The notes under the pieces are model-generated. The model did not search any database. It was not told where the DNA came from and saw only the letters and a program-made list of their open reading frames with translations. Shown here piece by piece: positions 34,061 through 37,098 of a DNA stretch of 37,098 nucleotides; the first letter of the stretch is position 1, and every line of letters begins with the position of its first letter. Origin of the DNA: a virus (lineage: Duplodnaviria; Caudoviricetes); the IMG/VR virus record IMGVR_UViG_3300017716_001496, positions 1-37,098 of that record. One strand, written 5' to 3'. A program made the position numbers and the translations under genes.

Positions 34061-35247
34061 ACGAGCAGCTTCACGTCGGAGAGCAGTTCTTTCGGATCAT
34101 CAGGGAGTTCGAGAAGGCCCCCGCTAACTGCCCGCAGACGGCAGACGGCGCGGCGCTGGAAGCCTACCTGTGTCCGTCAAATCAATGGACGCTCGGATTC
34201 GGCTGCTGCTTCTGGCACTATGATGGACGCGCTGTGCAGCAAGGCGACACGCTAGACCCGTCTCAGGTCGGCGTCATGCTGGCCTACAACGCGCGCTATT
34301 GCGAAGAGTATGTCCGCGAGAACGTGGCGGTTGATCTGAATCAGAACCAATTCGACGTTTTGTGTTCGTTCCGTTTCAACACGCGGGAAACAACCCTGCG
34401 CAATTCTTCGCGCCTCCTGCCAGCAGTCAACGCGCAGGAATGGCAAAAGGCAGCGGCGGCTTTCACAGAGTTTGTCTACGGCTCCAGCACGTTCGATGGG
34501 AAGCCATACCAAGAGGCCATGCGCGGGCTGCTACGACGCAGGCTTTGGGAGGGCCTGATCTTCCTCGGTCTCGACCCTGCCGACGCCGTGAAAGACAAAG
34601 ACGTAGCCCTTCCGAGCGATCGCAAGCTGCTCAACAGCGGCGTCTATCGCGACATGATCCGCAGCGAGGGCCTAACCACAATCAACCAGGTGAAGATGAA
34701 GGCGACCCCGCTCGCATCGTCCGAACTCGTCCTCACCCCCTCCATGCAAGCTGCGCCACCGCCTACCGCTACAGGGTCCACGGTGGTTGTCGGGAGCGTG
34801 CCGGTCGTTCCCCCAGTCCAGACCGGCACGACTTCCCCATCCGTTTCGCCAGCGCCGTCTGACAGAGTGGTTCCTCCAGTCGTCGTTGCGAAAAAGCCCG
34901 AGGCGATCAACCCTGCTCCCCCGCAGTCGCCTCGGGCTCCCACTCCACCGCCGAAACTTCCCGATCCGCCCGTTCCGATTGGTCAGCAGACCAGCGCAGT
35001 CGATGCCGCGCGCAAGTCGGAAGAGTGGTCACACTCTGCGAAAAGCATGATCTTCAGCCGGAGATTTTGGGGTTTATTTCTTGTGGTCATTGGCCGCGTC
35101 TGGATGCTCAAGACGGGCTCCAACGCAGTGCTCGGCGCTGTGTCTGACCCGCTCGTCATGGAGATGTTCAGCGGCTTCATGGTCATGATGCTTGGCGAGC
35201 TTGTCCAGCGCTGGGGCGAGCGCAAAGCGACCCGGCCACTGCGATGA
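34057..35247 (+). CDS. Endolysin (GH24 phage lysozyme) with Pro-rich linker and C-terminal holin-like TM domain
   Basis: IIREFE...LEAYLCPSNQWTLGFG, LNQNQFDVLCSFRFN, GLLRRRLWE. C-terminal SRRFWGLFLVVIG...WGERKATRPLR. Confidence 0.88.
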   Translation: MNEQLHVGEQFFRIIREFEKAPANCPQTADGAALEAYLCPSNQWTLGFGCCFWHYDGRAVQQGDTLDPSQVGVMLAYNARYCEEYVRENVAVDLNQNQFDVLCSFRFNTRETTLRNSSRLLPAVNAQEWQKAAAAFTEFVYGSSTFDGKPYQEAMRGLLRRRLWEGLIFLGLDPADAVKDKDVALPSDRKLLNSGVYRDMIRSEGLTTINQVKMKATPLASSELVLTPSMQAAPPPTATGSTVVVGSVPVVPPVQTGTTSPSVSPAPSDRVVPPVVVAKKPEAINPAPPQSPRAPTPPPKLPDPPVPIGQQTSAVDAARKSEEWSHSAKSMIFSRRFWGLFLVVIGRVWMLKTGSNAVLGAVSDPLVMEMFSGFMVMMLGELVQRWGERKATRPLR

Positions 35248-35549
35248 TGGCGTTCTGGCTTGGCCTCCCGCCATGGGCTCGCACGGCGCTGATGTGGACC
35301 GGCGCAATCATTCTCGCAGTCATCACGGGCAAGCTCATCATTGCCAAGCATGACGAGCGCATCCTCAAGGAAGAACGCCTGCGCGCTGAATTGGAAGCCG
35401 AGAAAGTAGAGTCAGAAGTCATCTCTCAAATCACGGAATCGACCAATGAAGTTATTCGCCAAGATACTGCTGTGCGGGAGCATCCCGCTGTTGTCGTCAT
35501 GCCAGACGGAACCTCGCGCCTCCCGGACTATCATTTCCGCGACCAGTGA
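35244..35549 (+). CDS. Rz: Inner-membrane spanin (Rz-like)
   Basis: N-terminal TM followed by coiled coil. Follows the endolysin and overlaps a lipoprotein gene. Confidence 0.75.
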   Translation: MMAFWLGLPPWARTALMWTGAIILAVITGKLIIAKHDERILKEERLRAELEAEKVESEVISQITESTNEVIRQDTAVREHPAVVVMPDGTSRLPDYHFRDQ

Positions 35550-35721
35550 AGCCGTGTGGAAGGAAGCGCTATGCGCAACCGGCAAGGCAATCATGGTCTC
35601 TCATGGCGATGTGCTGACGCTGGAGACGGCTGAGCAGATTGGCGACCACAACAATTCGATTTTCTGCGCGTGCCCTGAGAAGAGGCCGGAAGGCTTCAGC
35701 ACGGCAATTTGCAAAGTTTGA
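35446..35721 (+). CDS. Rz1: Outer-membrane spanin lipoprotein (Rz1-like)
   Basis: Signal MKLFAKILLCGSIPLLSS|C with lipobox LSSC. Overlaps the i-spanin in another frame. Further Cys residues downstream. Confidence 0.78.
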   Translation: MKLFAKILLCGSIPLLSSCQTEPRASRTIISATSEAVWKEALCATGKAIMVSHGDVLTLETAEQIGDHNNSIFCACPEKRPEGFSTAICKV

Positions 35722-35764
35722 GTTCTAACCCCCGCCGCCTAGCGGCATTCAAAGGAGACGTGCC

Positions 35765-36001
35765 GTGAACATTCTTGGGCTTGAAATCACCGCTGCGGGC
35801 GGCAAGGTGAACTGGATGAACATCCGCAGATTTTTCTATGTGGCAATCGCCACGTGGCTGATCGGCGTTCGTCTCATTGGACTCAATCCGTTCGATGACA
35901 AGGAACTGACGCTGGCGACGCTCTTGGATGCGCTCGGCCTGTATGCCGTCTGGCTGATCCTCTGGCATGCAATTTGGTCGGTTCGGCCTAAGTTCGGTTG
36001 A
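35765..36001 (+). CDS. Small 2-TM membrane protein
   Basis: GTG start, SD AAAGGAG, two hydrophobic segments. Confidence 0.7.
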   Translation: MNILGLEITAAGGKVNWMNIRRFFYVAIATWLIGVRLIGLNPFDDKELTLATLLDALGLYAVWLILWHAIWSVRPKFG

Positions 36002-36027
36002 GCCCGAAGATCAGCCTGTAGCCGTCC

Positions 36028-36060
36028 CTGGCCCTCGGTCGTGTTGAGATCGGGGGCCAG
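36028..36060. terminator. 13-bp hairpin between convergent genes (no U-tract)
   Basis: CTGGCCCTCGGTC-GTGTTGA-GATCGGGGGCCAG, with G-U pairs on the + strand. Confidence 0.45.
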
Positions 36061-36061
36061 C

Positions 36062-36310
36062 CTACGGGGTGGCCGTCATAGTCATCGTCGGCACGGCCAT
36101 GATCAGAGCGAGAAAGCCATCCGTGTCATAGTCCTTGCCATCAATGTTGAATGTGCAGGAATCAAAATCGCAATCGACCCAGTCCGTCTGGTGCTCGGAC
36201 TTCAAGACGATGTGGCACCGTTCAAACTTGATCCCCGTCGCGGAAAACCCATCTACGGCTGTGATGACTTGGTCCCGAACTGTCAGGGAGTGCGTACGCG
36301 GCTCGCTCAT
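36062..36310 (-). CDS. Hypothetical protein (82 aa, short pentapeptide/beta-helix-like stretch)
   Basis: SD GAGGA. KFERCHI...WVDCDFDSCTF. Confidence 0.65.
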   Translation of the reverse strand: MSEPRTHSLTVRDQVITAVDGFSATGIKFERCHIVLKSEHQTDWVDCDFDSCTFNIDGKDYDTDGFLALIMAVPTMTMTATP

Positions 36311-36360
36311 GCTTTCCTCGTATCAGAAATTCGCGCTCTTGGCCATTTCAGTGCTGTCAT
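36307..36360 (-). CDS. 17-aa mini-ORF coupling two neighbouring genes
   Basis: MTALKWPRARISDTRKA, with ATGA overlaps at both ends. Confidence 0.4.
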   Translation of the reverse strand: MTALKWPRARISDTRKA

Positions 36361-36587
36361 GACTGCGGCTGTTCTGGCGGGGTAGGGGCGTCGTACTGCG
36401 ACATCTTCCAATCGGTTTTGACGCAGGCCACCCGCTCAATTGTGGCGCTGTCATCAGCTTCAGCGCGAGAGCGATGCACGGAATACTGAAGCCCATTTTC
36501 TCGCCAGTAGACGTTGACGTACAGGGGCAATGGCTCGCCTCTGCCGCTCGAAACTCTTCCGCGATTTGTTGCTTGTGCCGCGTCCAT
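36357..36587 (-). CDS. Hypothetical protein (76 aa)
   Basis: Start is likely ATG 36587 just after the upstream stop. YVNVY...HRSRAEAD...RVACV pattern seen in small phage proteins. Confidence 0.6.
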   Translation of the reverse strand: MDAAQATNRGRVSSGRGEPLPLYVNVYWRENGLQYSVHRSRAEADDSATIERVACVKTDWKMSQYDAPTPPEQPQS

Positions 36588-36588
36588 C

Positions 36589-36951
36589 CTATTTCTCCCC
36601 TGTGTGCTGTTCTGCAGCTTTGAGCATGGCGCGGTAAACGTTGATCGCAGCAGCGATAAACCGTGCGTTGTCTGTCTCAATCCCACTGGCGATTAAGATG
36701 CCCTCGGAATACAGAGTGCACTCGCCATCAATTCCGCTGCCGTGATCGATGCCGACTTTCAGCACGCCGAACTCCACGCGCGCATTCAGATCCTTAAGTT
36801 CGGGCGTCTCCAGCTCGAAGAGGAAGGCGTCTATGGCGGCGTTGGCGATGAACTCGTCGTAGCCCGTGTCGCCGGGCCAATGCCCGCCAGCAGATTTCAG
36901 GGACGAGACGGCGACGCGCGCAGCCTCTCTCGCGGCTTTCATGTCGCTCAT
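36589..36951 (-). CDS. Hypothetical phage protein (120 aa)
   Basis: ATG 36951 with SD GGAGA. DNARFIAAA motif common in small phage early proteins. Confidence 0.65.
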   Translation of the reverse strand: MSDMKAAREAARVAVSSLKSAGGHWPGDTGYDEFIANAAIDAFLFELETPELKDLNARVEFGVLKVGIDHGSGIDGECTLYSEGILIASGIETDNARFIAAAINVYRAMLKAAEQHTGEK

Positions 36952-37098
36952 GTTGTCTCCAGGGATGGGGGAAGGGGCTGATGCTCTCCGCACCAATGCA
37001 GAAACGATGTAATCGGAAACGAGACCTCGTGGTGCAAGTCTAGCCCATTTGTCCGTGGCACAGGATGGGGCGCGTGACGACGGCACTCGCCTACGTCG

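Larger units (their letters stand above)
1..37098. mobile_element. Tailed phage/prophage genome segment, podovirus-like (P22-like tail and ejection genes), probably infecting Alphaproteobacteria
   Basis: Colinear terminase-portal-scaffold-capsid-adaptor-ejection-tail hub-tailspike-lysis genes with many ATGA overlaps. No tape measure or sheath gene. No host housekeeping genes or integrase in the window. Confidence 0.95.

Noticed and set aside
1-37098. CRISPR array, diversity-generating retroelement, integrase/att site, tRNA
   Set aside because: No regularly spaced repeats, reverse transcriptase, TR/VR pair, recombinase or tRNA fold was seen by eye. Short att cores cannot be excluded without the flanking sequence.

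Overview
The whole window reads as one tailed phage or prophage genome segment with a short-tailed, P22/podovirus-like gene set. The host is probably an alphaproteobacterium (inference from a GcrA-like Cys motif, a stand-alone DnaA domain-IV protein and high GC). Gene order on the + strand: DnaA-C HTH, RusA, GcrA-like protein, a coupled chain of tiny membrane peptides, a NusG-family antiterminator followed by a putative late promoter with a highly structured leader, a reverse-strand membrane moron, terS/terL, portal, an inserted beta-rich structural cassette, GroES, scaffold, capsid genes, adaptor, three DNA-ejection proteins, a gp10-like tail hub, a tailspike with a gp26-like tip, and a lysis region. 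Small convergent minus-strand genes close the window. No integrase, att site, tRNA or CRISPR array was seen. The most unusual element is the lysis region. A divergent, lid-less Hsp70/DnaK-family ATPase is translationally coupled between a multi-pass coiled-coil membrane protein carrying a peptidoglycan-binding motif and a lysozyme fused to a holin-like C-terminal membrane domain, followed by Rz/Rz1 spanins. All family assignments come from motif recognition by eye, not database searches.
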